This document shows positions 46,596 to 57,600 of a DNA stretch of 64,000 bases, one piece after another. Source of the stretch: an uncultured Spartobacteria bacterium (GTDB taxonomy: Bacteria > Verrucomicrobiota > Verrucomicrobiia > Chthoniobacterales > UBA6821). The notes below the pieces were generated by a model. That model ran no database searches and was not told the origin of the DNA. It saw only the letters and a list, made by a program, of their open reading frames with translations. The stretch spans positions 5,589 to 69,588 of the forward strand of contig CAIPWR010000108.1 of the NCBI GenBank assembly GCA_903868795.1, written 5' to 3'. The translations under genes and the position numbers were made by a program. The first letter of the stretch is position 1, and each line of letters begins with the position of its first letter.

Positions 46596-47603
46596 ATGAC
46601 AAAAGAACTCCCTCAGCAAACCGCGCCCGAATGGCTAGAGAACATGACCCAGGAGAACATCCGCGAAAGGTTTTGCCTCGAGGACATCCTCAAGGGCTCG
46701 CTGTTCTATCCCGGATGTGAACGCGATGCCTCGGCATTCGACATTTTCTCCGGGAACTATCACAGCTTTGTATTCGCGGATCCGACAGTCCGCGAAAGCG
46801 ACCTCACTCTCTGGCTCAACGGAGCCGAAATTCCCCACATCCTTCCACAGCACTACAGGCCCGTCGCTTCGACCCGTCTGAGGGATAGCGACCTTTCTAC
46901 CGTGTTCTGCTGGGATGACAAGGACCGTGAAATCTCCCGCTACGGCAGGGTGGGGAGCGAGTTTGTCCAGCGCTGGCGTCATCTTGCAGGTTCGCCGATC
47001 TTTGCTCGGGACGTCTTTTCAACCGGTGAATCCATCACGAAGATTCTCGATGTAGAGATCGAGCCGTACCTGCGCTTGATGGAGAAATCACGTGATGAGT
47101 TTGCGTCATCAATCACGTTCATCAATCGGCGGTTCCGCTATCTGCAGGAGAAAGCGCGTGCCCTTCAGGCCCAATTCGATCCGTTTTGGAATCCCGAGCC
47201 CCCATATGCCCATTGGTTTGTCATGGAGAAGTGTGATACGGCAGCGGAGGAACTTCCCGCCCGGGTCTCACTGCTCTTCCTCGGCGAGGAAGCCTCACTG
47301 GCCTACCGCGCTCTTTACACGGATCGCGGCATTTCCCCCGCGATGATTCTGATCAAGAACTGGAAGAATGGTCATGGAGACAACCGTCCCTGGAGCCGTG
47401 GGGATGTGGACTCTTCTCCCTTCTACAAGGCTGTGACCGAGTGCAGAGAAGCCCCGATGCCGGACATCGCGTTCAAGATTTACCAAGAGGAACCGGACTG
47501 GGAGGGATGGGAGGAGTTTGCGAAGATCCCTCTGGACGACAACTACCGGGGCGAAGCCCCCCTGAGGCTTCTTCGCCATGCCGGAGGAACTCTGGCAAAA
47601 TGA
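46596..47603 (+). CDS. hypothetical protein
   Basis: 335-aa ORF. Its stop overlaps the next start (ATGA at 47600). Confidence 0.5.
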   Translation: MTKELPQQTAPEWLENMTQENIRERFCLEDILKGSLFYPGCERDASAFDIFSGNYHSFVFADPTVRESDLTLWLNGAEIPHILPQHYRPVASTRLRDSDLSTVFCWDDKDREISRYGRVGSEFVQRWRHLAGSPIFARDVFSTGESITKILDVEIEPYLRLMEKSRDEFASSITFINRRFRYLQEKARALQAQFDPFWNPEPPYAHWFVMEKCDTAAEELPARVSLLFLGEEASLAYRALYTDRGISPAMILIKNWKNGHGDNRPWSRGDVDSSPFYKAVTECREAPMPDIAFKIYQEEPDWEGWEEFAKIPLDDNYRGEAPLRLLRHAGGTLAK

Positions 47604-48472
47604 ATAATCGTTTCGCCATCGCGGGTGACGAGCCCGTGTCCTTTGCCCCGCCTGCGCCTCCTGAGATTTGCTGTGAGAGGGATTGGAGCGGTGCGCCGCC
47701 GATCCGTCTCCAACCCTCCGCGCACTACTCATCCGCGCAGACGGATCGAATCATCAACTACTGGCGACCGCGGATTGCGAATCTTGTGGAGAGCGCCATC
47801 GGAATGGTCGGTGATTTTCGTCAATATCAAGAAGGTGGAAAACTCGGTATCGACTGGCAGACCAATGGGAATCCTTATCCCTGTCTGCCGTTTCTGCGTG
47901 TGGTTGGCCCCCCCGAATCGGGAAGAGACATGAGGCACTTCACCGACGAGTCCTGCCACGTCCTGCTTCAGACCTCTACGAAAGAGGAGGCTCAAGAAGC
48001 CTATTGGTTTAAGGGAAGGATTCCCGACGCTCGTGATATCATGGAATGGATAGAACGATGGTCCGTCTGGCTTCCAAACGAGAGCAGTCAGTTTGAATTC
48101 TGGAGCGTTTTCTTGCCAAGCGGGACGTTCGAAAGGTTCTGCCATTATGTGCATTCTCTCGTCCACGACTACTATCTGGAAATCCTTGAGCGCCACACGC
48201 TTTGGGAAGAAAGGATGGAGTGCGAGGGCTGGCCTCCCCCGGCAGAGGATTCACTGCCGACCGCCAAGAATCTCCCCACGTCTATCCGCTACTGGCACCC
48301 AAGACTCCTCCTTGACGAGGAGGAATTCCGCCTCACGGTGGAGAATGCAGCCGAAGTCTTCGCCTTTACTATGGACATGCTGCAACGCTACAGGCATTCG
48401 CTCGACCAGGAGGCCAAAGATGCGCTGGAAATGGCCGCTTACGAGGCGTATCTGCTTGGAAATCCCAGATGA
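47600..48472 (+). CDS. hypothetical protein
   Basis: Start placed at MNNRFAIAG (47600). Its stop overlaps the M50 copy 2 start (ATGA at 48469). Confidence 0.5.
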   Translation: MNNRFAIAGDEPVSFAPPAPPEICCERDWSGAPPIRLQPSAHYSSAQTDRIINYWRPRIANLVESAIGMVGDFRQYQEGGKLGIDWQTNGNPYPCLPFLRVVGPPESGRDMRHFTDESCHVLLQTSTKEEAQEAYWFKGRIPDARDIMEWIERWSVWLPNESSQFEFWSVFLPSGTFERFCHYVHSLVHDYYLEILERHTLWEERMECEGWPPPAEDSLPTAKNLPTSIRYWHPRLLLDEEEFRLTVENAAEVFAFTMDMLQRYRHSLDQEAKDALEMAAYEAYLLGNPR

Positions 48473-49335
48473 ACACTGCGACCACTTCCTTTGCTTTTCG
48501 TAGGCGCCGGCGAACGCAATCCTACATGCACCCTCCTCTCAGATTTGGCGGGATTGCAGGGATTATCATGACTCTTTCCCGCGTCCCAGGACCTTTCTGG
48601 TCGGCGGCCAGCCTTCTTATGTCCCTCGCTTATTATGGTTGCCGGCTGGGGTGGGGCCTTGCCGCTGGATTTTTGGTTCTCCTTTCCGTTCACGAAACAG
48701 GGCATCTGTTGGCGGCTCGCCGTTATCGGCTTAGGACCTCCTGGCCGCTGTTTGTCCCGGGTCTGGGCGCGCTGATCGACATTCAGGAGGCGCCGGGAGA
48801 CCGTTGGCAGAACGCCGTCATCGGTGTTTCGGGACCGGTCTTCGGGACCATCGGAACATTGGTCTGCTTGTTCCTGGCTCATGTCTCGGGTTGCCGTCTC
48901 CTGTATGAAGCCGCTTTTGCGGGGGCCGTCATGAATACCTTTAATCTGATCCCTGTGGGGCCAATGGACGGTGGCCGTGTGGCCGAGCTTTTCTCGCGAT
49001 GGCTCTGGATTCCCGGATACCTGATGCTTGCGGTGATCGTCTGGTATTTACGGGCTCCGGCGGCGGTCCTTCTGCTCCTGCTTATGTTGCCGATCATCGT
49101 CACGCTCTTCCGCAGGAAGAAGTCCTTGAAAAGCGACTCTCCCGACTTGCGGGAACAGTCGCGGGTCTCGCTCGGCAAGCGCCTCGCCATGGGCTTCCTC
49201 TACATCGGGCTCGTCATCATTCTGGCCTCATCGATGTGCTGGATCTTTGTCAAAGACATCGCCCCGAGGCTCCATGCTGGGAAAAGCCTTACTCATTCAA
49301 TTCCCGGCAACAAAACCGCCGGAGTGGACCACTGA
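48469..49335 (+). CDS. M50 (site-2-protease-type) membrane metalloprotease (copy 2)
   Basis: HETGHLL and NTFNLIPVGPMDGGR. The C-terminal KRLAMGFLYIGLV..WIFVKDIAP parallels copy 1. Confidence 0.75.
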   Translation: MNTATTSFAFRRRRRTQSYMHPPLRFGGIAGIIMTLSRVPGPFWSAASLLMSLAYYGCRLGWGLAAGFLVLLSVHETGHLLAARRYRLRTSWPLFVPGLGALIDIQEAPGDRWQNAVIGVSGPVFGTIGTLVCLFLAHVSGCRLLYEAAFAGAVMNTFNLIPVGPMDGGRVAELFSRWLWIPGYLMLAVIVWYLRAPAAVLLLLLMLPIIVTLFRRKKSLKSDSPDLREQSRVSLGKRLAMGFLYIGLVIILASSMCWIFVKDIAPRLHAGKSLTHSIPGNKTAGVDH

Positions 49336-49512
49336 ACGGGAATGATGCCCTGGAACTCCCCCTGCATGGACTTGCCTTCTCGGCTTCCAGCCCTTTTCTG
49401 ACGGGCAAGCCCTCTTGGGGATATGCTCCCTGGATGCTTTTCTGGGAAGCGTCTCTGATTCAGACGACATTTCCTGACGGATTCCTGCGGCAGGCTTTTT
49501 GAACTCAAGCCC

Positions 49513-50154
49513 ATGAAGCCAAAGCTCACCATTCACGCATCACAGCGTATTTCCGAGCGATGCTCCTTACGCCCGGAGGTCCTGATTGGAATGATCGTCT
49601 GCGGGGCGACTGCAGTGATTGAGATGCTCTCCGCCGCGAAGTACGCACACCATCTCTTCTACTCACCAAAAGACATGGAGTGGTTTGTGGCGATTGTCAA
49701 AAACAGCCGCCAGATCCTCACTGTCATGCCGGCCGATTGGGAGCAAGACCGTGTCTTGATAACGAATGCCCAGAAGCGCAGTGTTCGCAAGAAGGCTCTG
49801 GATTGGGAAAGAAAAGGTGCTTCAAAGGCATCGGCCAGCGGTGAAGCGATGAATATAAAGCTCGGTGAGTCGATGGGTCTGCCCGGATGGAAGGTCATCA
49901 TCAGCTACACGCGGAACGGCCATCCTCATACCAAGAACCTTGGCCGCACCGCACCGGAGCATGGGACTCCGGATGACTGGAGTTGGCCCGGACAAGTTCA
50001 TGATTGGGTCAAAGAGCGCCTTGTGGAATCAGGGATTTCCATCCGCACCATCAAGGGGATCCGCTTGGAGAAAAAGTCTGATGGACCGATGGATGGTTGG
50101 TCGCTGCTTGAGAATCTTCCCATGACCCAAGAGGAAATCGCCGCCTGTGCTTGA
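49513..50154 (+). CDS. hypothetical protein
   Basis: 213-aa ATG ORF with no motif recognised. Confidence 0.45.
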   Translation: MKPKLTIHASQRISERCSLRPEVLIGMIVCGATAVIEMLSAAKYAHHLFYSPKDMEWFVAIVKNSRQILTVMPADWEQDRVLITNAQKRSVRKKALDWERKGASKASASGEAMNIKLGESMGLPGWKVIISYTRNGHPHTKNLGRTAPEHGTPDDWSWPGQVHDWVKERLVESGISIRTIKGIRLEKKSDGPMDGWSLLENLPMTQEEIAACA

Positions 50155-50477
50155 AGATATGGGTCCTGTGAGTGATCTGAATATAAGCAAAAAGCATCTT
50201 ACTTATATTCACCGATGTCTGTGGTGTGATCGGGAAAACAAAAAAAGAGTGTAATACAAAATAAACATTTTATCCCTGAGTCAAAAGCGGTTAATCATGA
50301 AAAGATGCTTGAATCTATGTCTTTTAAAAGAGAGAAGGCATTCAGATTCTAAAAACTCATTATGAAGAAAGAATGTATTACACGTGGAAAGATCTTGACG
50401 GAGGCGTATAAATGCGCTACAAAAAACCGCAATATCAATCGATAGTTTGCAACAGGAATCTAACAAAACATTCAGAT

Positions 50478-52010
50478 ATGAACACTAAAGACGAATCCAA
50501 TACCATCCAGTGCCCGAAGTGCTCCCATGACTTCGCCATGAACGAGGCTCTTCTTGCCCGTGTCACCCAGCAGGCCCAGGTCGAAATCGAGACACGCCTC
50601 CAGTTTGAGCGTGAGAAGATCTCCCGTGAGGCCGAGGTCCGTATCGCAGAGGCTGCCAAGACCGCCGCCGTGCAGCGCAAGGCATCCGAGGAGTCTGCCC
50701 GTCTACTCCGTGAGGAGGCAGTTGCCGCCGCCGTGCGCCTCGAGCAGGAGCGTCAAGCACAGCAGTCCACGCTCCAGGCTCAGCGCGAGCAGTTGAATCG
50801 CCAGTCCATCGAGGCCCTCACCAGGCAGTTGGGCGAGATGCAGGAGCAGAACCAGCGCCTTGCGGAGCGCGAACGCCTTGCGGAGATCAACGCCCGCCAG
50901 CAGGCCGAGGCGGCCGCCCAACAGCGCCTCGCCGCCGTCTCCGCGGAGATCGAACAGCGCCTCAAGCAGGAATCCGAGCTCCGCGTGCAGGAGCTGAACC
51001 TCCAGCTCAACACCCTTCGCGATCAGGTCGCCGCCGCAAACAACCGTGCCAACCAGATCAGCCAGCAGAACCAGGGAGCCGCACTGGAGGCCTCCGTCGA
51101 GGAACAGCTACGCACGGCATTTCCACATGATCTGGTCTCCGATGTGCCCGCCGGTGTGAATGGTGCCGATATCATGCTCGACGTGCACAACGACGCTGGG
51201 GTCCACTGCGGACGCATCTTGTTCGAGACAAAAAGAACGGCGCAGTGGTCCAATGACTGGACCCGCAAGCTCGGCGAGGACTTGCATCGTGCCAAGGCCG
51301 ACATCGGGGTGATCATCACCCAGACCATGCCTCGTGACATGAAAACCACAGGGATAAAGGACGGCGTCTGGGTTGCCGATTTCGCCTCTGCCATGACACT
51401 GATCCGCTCAATCCGTTGGGGCCTCCAGGAGTCCCATCTTCAGAAGCGCATCGCCGGACAGTCCGGTGAGGCCTCTGCCATGCTCTACGACTTCGTCACC
51501 TCCAACGACTTTCGCAACCGCGTCCAGACCATCCTCAAGACCTACGCCTCAATGCGTGAAGCACTTCTCAAGGAGCGCCGCTCCATGGACAAGATGTGGA
51601 AGATCCGCGAGGCCCAGCTTGACCTCCTTGCCGGCCACACCACGCACGTCATTACCAACATCGAGGTCAAGACCGGACACCAGCTTGAGGATGACGACAA
51701 CCTGGAGCTTGGAGAGGGGAACGATGACATCGATGTCGACTTCGAGGACGCCGCCCCGGTGACACGCGCCGCACTTCCTCCTTCGTTAGGCGAGGATCTG
51801 GAGCAGCTCGGCGAGATCTTCCTTAGCAAGCTCCGCAAACTAGGTAGTTCCGCTGGCAACAAAGCCATGCGCTTCGAGCTCATCTGGGATGCCGAGAAAT
51901 TCGAACGCGTTAAACAGTACCTCATCGAGGAGGAGCTGATCATCCCCGGACGTGGTCGGGGAGGGAGCGTCAGCCTTCCTGGATACGAAAAGAACCCCGC
52001 AAACGATTGA
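50478..52010 (+). CDS. DUF2130-like protein (Zn-ribbon, long coiled coil, PD-(D/E)XK-like core)
   Basis: CPKCSHDF at the N-terminus, a Q/E/A/R-rich coiled coil, then GADIMLDV...ILFETKRT (a D..ExK-like pattern). Confidence 0.65.
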   Translation: MNTKDESNTIQCPKCSHDFAMNEALLARVTQQAQVEIETRLQFEREKISREAEVRIAEAAKTAAVQRKASEESARLLREEAVAAAVRLEQERQAQQSTLQAQREQLNRQSIEALTRQLGEMQEQNQRLAERERLAEINARQQAEAAAQQRLAAVSAEIEQRLKQESELRVQELNLQLNTLRDQVAAANNRANQISQQNQGAALEASVEEQLRTAFPHDLVSDVPAGVNGADIMLDVHNDAGVHCGRILFETKRTAQWSNDWTRKLGEDLHRAKADIGVIITQTMPRDMKTTGIKDGVWVADFASAMTLIRSIRWGLQESHLQKRIAGQSGEASAMLYDFVTSNDFRNRVQTILKTYASMREALLKERRSMDKMWKIREAQLDLLAGHTTHVITNIEVKTGHQLEDDDNLELGEGNDDIDVDFEDAAPVTRAALPPSLGEDLEQLGEIFLSKLRKLGSSAGNKAMRFELIWDAEKFERVKQYLIEEELIIPGRGRGGSVSLPGYEKNPAND

Positions 52011-52049
52011 TCCCCAATTGTACCTCAATCCCTATATATCCTTCCCAAA

Positions 52050-52289
52050 ATGAAATCCCAACTCGCCCGCCTTCAGCAGACACTCTCTACCCAATCCGAA
52101 CTCATTCAGTCCATGGTTCAGGAAATGGACGTCATTCGCCAAGAGATGGGAATGTGCCGTGACGTGACCGAATTTATGCTCTCCGTGATCTTATCCGGGA
52201 GCGATGCCCGCAAGACGCTCATGGATCAGCCCGTACCTGCATCCCGATCAACCGGCTACTACGGGCTCAACCCCTCCAGGCTCCCATAA
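52050..52289 (+). CDS. small hypothetical protein
   Basis: 79-aa ATG ORF between the DUF2130 and Z1 genes. Confidence 0.3.
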   Translation: MKSQLARLQQTLSTQSELIQSMVQEMDVIRQEMGMCRDVTEFMLSVILSGSDARKTLMDQPVPASRSTGYYGLNPSRLP

Positions 52290-52362
52290 AAGCATCCGAA
52301 TAACTGCCGGATCCCCTGATTTTTATCGCCCAACTATAATCTTACAACATACCAACATTACT

Positions 52363-54570
52363 ATGCCCCTAGAACTCAACGGACATTTCTACACCAACTT
52401 CACGGCTGACCCTGAAGTCTACAATGACGAGCTGAAGGGCTGCATTGTCGAGACAATGGAGAAGATGGAGGACAAGCCGGCCGATGACAAACACCCCATC
52501 ATGCTGCTTGGCAAGATCCAGAGCGGTAAGACCCGTACCTTCGAAGGAGTGATGTCCTTGGCATTCGACAACGGATTTGATGTCTGCATTGTGCTGACCA
52601 AGGGGACCAAGGCCCTGACCAAGCAGACCTTCGAGCGCATCCGTCAGGACTTTGACCAGTTTATCCCTAGTAGAATGCAGGTCTATGATATCATGAGTAT
52701 GCCCACGCTTTCTCGGTTCGTCTTGGGGAGGAAGTTGGTTTTCATCGTTAAGAAAGAGGACGACAATCTCCTCCGCCTGCAGGAAGCCTTATTGCTGGAC
52801 TATCCGGAACTGGGAGAGAAACGCATCCTCATGATTGACGACGAGGCTGATTTTTCCAGCGTTGGATACAGCGGGAAAAAACGAGATGTTTCAGCGATGC
52901 GCGTTGTCGCGAAACAGATCAACGATATCCGCTCCCGTCTTCCCAACAGCCTATTGCTTCAGGTGACAGCCACGCCCTACACCCTGTACCTCCAGCCGAA
53001 GGACATCGTGATCCGTGGAAATGAGTTTTTGCCGGTTAAGCCTTCTCATACCGTTCTGGTGCCCGTGCATGGCGAATATATCGGCGGGGATGTCTACTTC
53101 CCTGAGGTAGATGCAGATGATGGCGAGATCAACCACGCCGACCACATACATGTCTCTGTTCCTGACAATGAGCTGCTTGTCCTGAAGAAAAGGGATCTTC
53201 GTCGCCTCAATCTTCAGCAGACACTGACAGCGCCTTCGATCGAGGTACTCAGGAAAGCCATTGCCACATTCATTATTGGAACAACCATTCGCCGCATTCA
53301 GACCGAGAATCTTGGGAGGGAAGCCGATTTCTACAGCTTCCTCGTTCACACCCAGACCGGCCGTAGTGCACATGACTGGCAGGAGGAGGTCGTATACAAC
53401 CTTCGCAAGGCAATGACCGAAGCGGCGGAGAACCAGGATCCCATACTTATGGAACTCTTCGAGGAATGCTATGCAGACCTCACCCAGTCGGTGACCGCCG
53501 CCGGCTTTCCGACGCCTCCATTGGATACAGTCATCCAACATGCCATCCAGGCATTGCAGGATGAATACCTGAGCATCAGTAAAGTCAACTCCGACGAGGA
53601 GGTGCTCGCCATGTTGGATCTCTCGGGACAACTCAGTCTCACATCACCCATGAACATCTTCATTGGGGGCCAGATTCTCGATCGCGGAATCACCATTTCC
53701 AACCTGATTGGTTTCTACTACGGCCGCGCTCCCAAGAAGTTCCAGCAGGACACAGTACTGCAGCACTCGCGTATGTATGGCTTCCGCTCCCTAGAGGATA
53801 TTGCCGTGACACGCTTCTATACCACGGTCGACATCCACTCAGCGATGAGGCGTATGCAGGAGAGCGATGCCGCCCTTCGCCGCAGGCTTCAGCCAGGTAA
53901 CGAGGACCCCTCCGTGATCTGCATCCAGATCGCAGCGGACAACTCCATCATTCCCTGTAACCCCAACAAGATCCTTCTCTCGCAGGTCACCACGCTGCGT
54001 CCCTACAAGCGCCTCCTGCCGGTGGGTTTCCAGAGTGGATACCGCACTCACATCGCAGGCACGGTTACTATGATTGATGGGTTGATTGCAGACCATCAGG
54101 TCGAGGGAAATCCCAACGCTCCCTTCCTCATGCCCCTCCAAGCAGTTGTCACCATCCTGCGCCGCATCTACGGCACCTTGGAATTCGAGGAAGCCGGCTA
54201 TCCGAGCAACCTCGACGAAATGATCGGAGCGCTCACTCACCTCAGTCAGAATTCCCCGAATGAGGCCGAACGCGGACTGGTCTGGGTACTTTGGCGTGGT
54301 GATCGTGAAATCAACCGATTCAAGGCCAACGGACGCTTCAGTAATGCCCCCGATACCTCCACTCAGGAGGGGCGTGCTGCCCGGGACGTTGCAATCGACA
54401 CCCCAGCGCTCATGCTCTTGCGTCAGAATGGACGCGCCGAGGATAACTGGCGTGGTACACCTTTCTACTGGCCGGTTCTTCTTACGCCTCTTCACACGAA
54501 GACGGCCCTCTTTGCCAACCAAGTCATCGAAGATGATCTGGCTGGTCACAATGATGATGATCAGGATTGA
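52363..54570 (+). CDS. Z1-domain protein (P-loop, methyltransferase-associated defence family)
   Basis: LLGKIQSGKTRTF Walker A and MIDDEADF, in a Z1-like layout. Start placed at the ATG at 52363. Confidence 0.65.
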   Translation: MPLELNGHFYTNFTADPEVYNDELKGCIVETMEKMEDKPADDKHPIMLLGKIQSGKTRTFEGVMSLAFDNGFDVCIVLTKGTKALTKQTFERIRQDFDQFIPSRMQVYDIMSMPTLSRFVLGRKLVFIVKKEDDNLLRLQEALLLDYPELGEKRILMIDDEADFSSVGYSGKKRDVSAMRVVAKQINDIRSRLPNSLLLQVTATPYTLYLQPKDIVIRGNEFLPVKPSHTVLVPVHGEYIGGDVYFPEVDADDGEINHADHIHVSVPDNELLVLKKRDLRRLNLQQTLTAPSIEVLRKAIATFIIGTTIRRIQTENLGREADFYSFLVHTQTGRSAHDWQEEVVYNLRKAMTEAAENQDPILMELFEECYADLTQSVTAAGFPTPPLDTVIQHAIQALQDEYLSISKVNSDEEVLAMLDLSGQLSLTSPMNIFIGGQILDRGITISNLIGFYYGRAPKKFQQDTVLQHSRMYGFRSLEDIAVTRFYTTVDIHSAMRRMQESDAALRRRLQPGNEDPSVICIQIAADNSIIPCNPNKILLSQVTTLRPYKRLLPVGFQSGYRTHIAGTVTMIDGLIADHQVEGNPNAPFLMPLQAVVTILRRIYGTLEFEEAGYPSNLDEMIGALTHLSQNSPNEAERGLVWVLWRGDREINRFKANGRFSNAPDTSTQEGRAARDVAIDTPALMLLRQNGRAEDNWRGTPFYWPVLLTPLHTKTALFANQVIEDDLAGHNDDDQD

Positions 54571-54640
54571 TCAACAGCGCCGCTTTTCAGATCGCCGAAC
54601 CTCATCGCCCTGTTAACAATTCTTAATTCCCTATAACCTT

Positions 54641-57600
54641 ATGTCTGAATTTTTTGAAAAACCGATTCTGAATTCACCCTATGAGCGTCCTGCAAAGCAC
54701 TGGGAACTCGATCAAGACGGGCAGCCGACTCAGAAAATCATCGATGAACGTCGTAAGGTCAAATTCATCACGCCGATTCCGAAGCCGAAAAAGCGGCGTC
54801 GCGGACAGCGTGAGTTGGATCTTCATGCTGGTACTGAAGAACAGAGGTACTCGGAGGATCTGATCAATGAGATTCGTCGTTTGGTGGACGAGTGGAGGGA
54901 GTATCCGCGTAACCTTTGGCAGGTGACTCCTGAAACAGCTCGTCTATTGGAGCATTGGAGGCACCATAATTTTGCCTCTGTGAGACCATTTTTTTGTCAG
55001 ATCGAGGCCGTCGAGACACTGATCTGGCTCACAGAGGTTGCGCCGAATAGTGAACGCGGAAAGAAACTTATAAAAAGTTTAGAGGCATCCAATGAAGAGT
55101 CCAATCCGGGGCTCTATCGACTGGCACTCAAGCTTGCTACTGGCGCCGGGAAGACAACGGTCATGTCGATGGTGATCGCCTGGCAGACCGTGAACGCAGT
55201 CCGCCGTTCTACCAGCAAGCAGTTCACCAAAGGTTTTCTCATCGTCGCTCCCGGTCTGACCATTAAGGATCGCTTGCGCGTCCTGCAGCCGAACGATCCA
55301 GATAATTACTATTCTACTCGTGAGATCGTCCCTCAGGACATGCTGGGCGACATCCAGAAGGCCCGAATTGTTATCACGAACTATCATTCCTTTAAACTTC
55401 GTGAGCGCTTGGAACTTTCCGCAGCTGGACGAGCACTCCTCACCGGACGCACAGGTGAAGCTCTTCAGACCAAGGAGTCCGAAGGACAGATGCTTCAGCG
55501 CGTCATGCCAGAGCTCATGGGAATGAAGCATGTCTTGGTGTTGAATGACGAGGCCCACCATTGCTACCAAGAGAAGCCACCGGAACCTGACGATGAGGAG
55601 CTTAAAGGAGAGGACAAAAAAGAGGCTGCAGAATGTAACGAGGAGGCTCGCCTCTGGATATCGGGCCTCAAAATTGTTCAGGAATATCTCGGGATCAACA
55701 GGGTGATTGACCTCTCCGCTACCCCTTTCTTCTTGAAGGGATCCGGTTATGCGGAAGGAACTCTCTTCCCATGGACGATGTGTGATTTCTCACTCATGGA
55801 TGCCATTGAGTGCGGTATCGTGAAGCTTCCTCGTGTTCCTGTTGCGGAAAATATCACAGGCCCGCAGCAGCTCCCAATTTACCGGGATCTTTGGCCCCAT
55901 ATCGGAAAAGAACTGCCCACCGGCAGCAGTCGCGGCAATGCGGAGCTCGATCCACAGCAGCTACCTCCACTCCTGACTACGGCACTGGAGTCTCTGTACG
56001 GTCATTACAAGAAGACCTTTGACCTGTGGGAGGATAAGGGAATCGAAATTCCTCCCTGCTTTATCATCGTCTGCCAGAACGTCGATATCTCGCGTCTGGT
56101 ATATGAGTACATCTCCGGCTACTACCGCACGGATGATAGGACTGGTACATCGACACTTGTAAACGGCCACTTTGAGCTCTTTCAAAATTTCGACAAGCAG
56201 ACCTGCAATCCTCTTGCCAAGCCTAATACTCTCCTGATCGATTCCCGGCAGCTGGAGTCGGGAGAGGCACTGGATGACAAGTTCAGGAAGGTCGCGGCGG
56301 ACGAGATAGAGCGCTTCCGCCGTGATAAAATTGAACGTAGCGGCGATCCTCGTGCTGGGGAGAACATCTCTGAGCAGGAACTCCTTCGTGAAGTTATGAA
56401 TACAGTGGGTAAGCCTGGTAAGCTCGGTGCCGGGATCCGCTGCGTGGTGTCTGTATCCATGCTGACAGAGGGATGGGACGCCAACAACGTCACCCATATC
56501 CTGGGAGTCAGGGCCTTCGGAACCAAGCTCCTCTGTGAGCAGGTCATCGGTCGCGCACTTCGCCGACAGTCCTATGAACTGAACGAGGAGAACCTCTTTA
56601 ATGTCGAGTATGCTGATATCTACGGAATCCCTTTTGACTTCACGGGCAAGCCCGTCGTGGCAGAACCTCAGCCACCTCGGCAGACCGTGTTGGTTCAGGC
56701 GGTTCGCCCAGATCGCGATCCACTGGCGATCAGTTTTCCTCGCGTAGACGGATACAAAATCGATCTTCCCGAGGAGAACCTCACGGCGAGTTTCGATGAG
56801 AATAGCTACATGGATCTTAATTCCACAATCGTGGGCCCAACCGAGGTCCAGACATCCGGCATCATCGGGCAGACGGAGGAAATGACCCTTGAGCACCTTC
56901 GTGAGGTGCGCCGTTCAACAGTCATCTACCGGTTGACTCAGCATCTATTGATGAACAAGTTCCGAGACTCAGGGGGAGAGCCGAAGCTTCACCTCTTTGG
57001 ACAGCTCTCTAGGATCGTTAGGGAATGGCTGGAAGGCGGCTACCTACGCTGCAGCGGTGATACTCAGGAGGGACTACTACTTCATCTTTATTTGGCCGAC
57101 CGTGCCTGCAATAAAATCGAGCGCGCCATTACCAGCAGTCTCCTTGGAACCCGACCAGTGAAGGCAATCCTGAGCCCCTATAATCCAGTGGGATCCACTT
57201 CCAATCTGAAGCCATTCCCTACATCGAAGCCGACTTGGGACACGGTTGGGAGAGGAAACCCCAAGAACCATGTCAACCTCGTCGTGCTCGACAGCGATTG
57301 GGAAGGTGAATTCTGCCGTGTGGTTGAGAATCACCCTAAGGTCATCGCCTATACCAAGAACCATAATCTTGGTTTCGAGGTGCCCTACCTGTTGGGTTCT
57401 GATGTCCATCGTTATCGTCCGGATTTCATCGTTCTGGTAGATGATGGTCGCGGCTCCAAGGATCCACTCCATCTCATTGTCGAGATCAAGGGATACCGTG
57501 GGGAAGATGCCGTTGAGAAAGCCGGCACTATGAAGACCTACTGGATACCAGGAGTGAACTACCTTGGAACCCATGGTCGCTGGGCATTTGCGGAATTTCG

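Noticed and set aside
50248-50382. 10-bp inverted repeat gtgtaataca / tgtattacac in the AT-rich spacer before the defence island.
   Set aside because: It is short and lies in low-complexity AT-rich sequence. Chance occurrence is plausible, and there is no transposase or other mobile-element hallmark.
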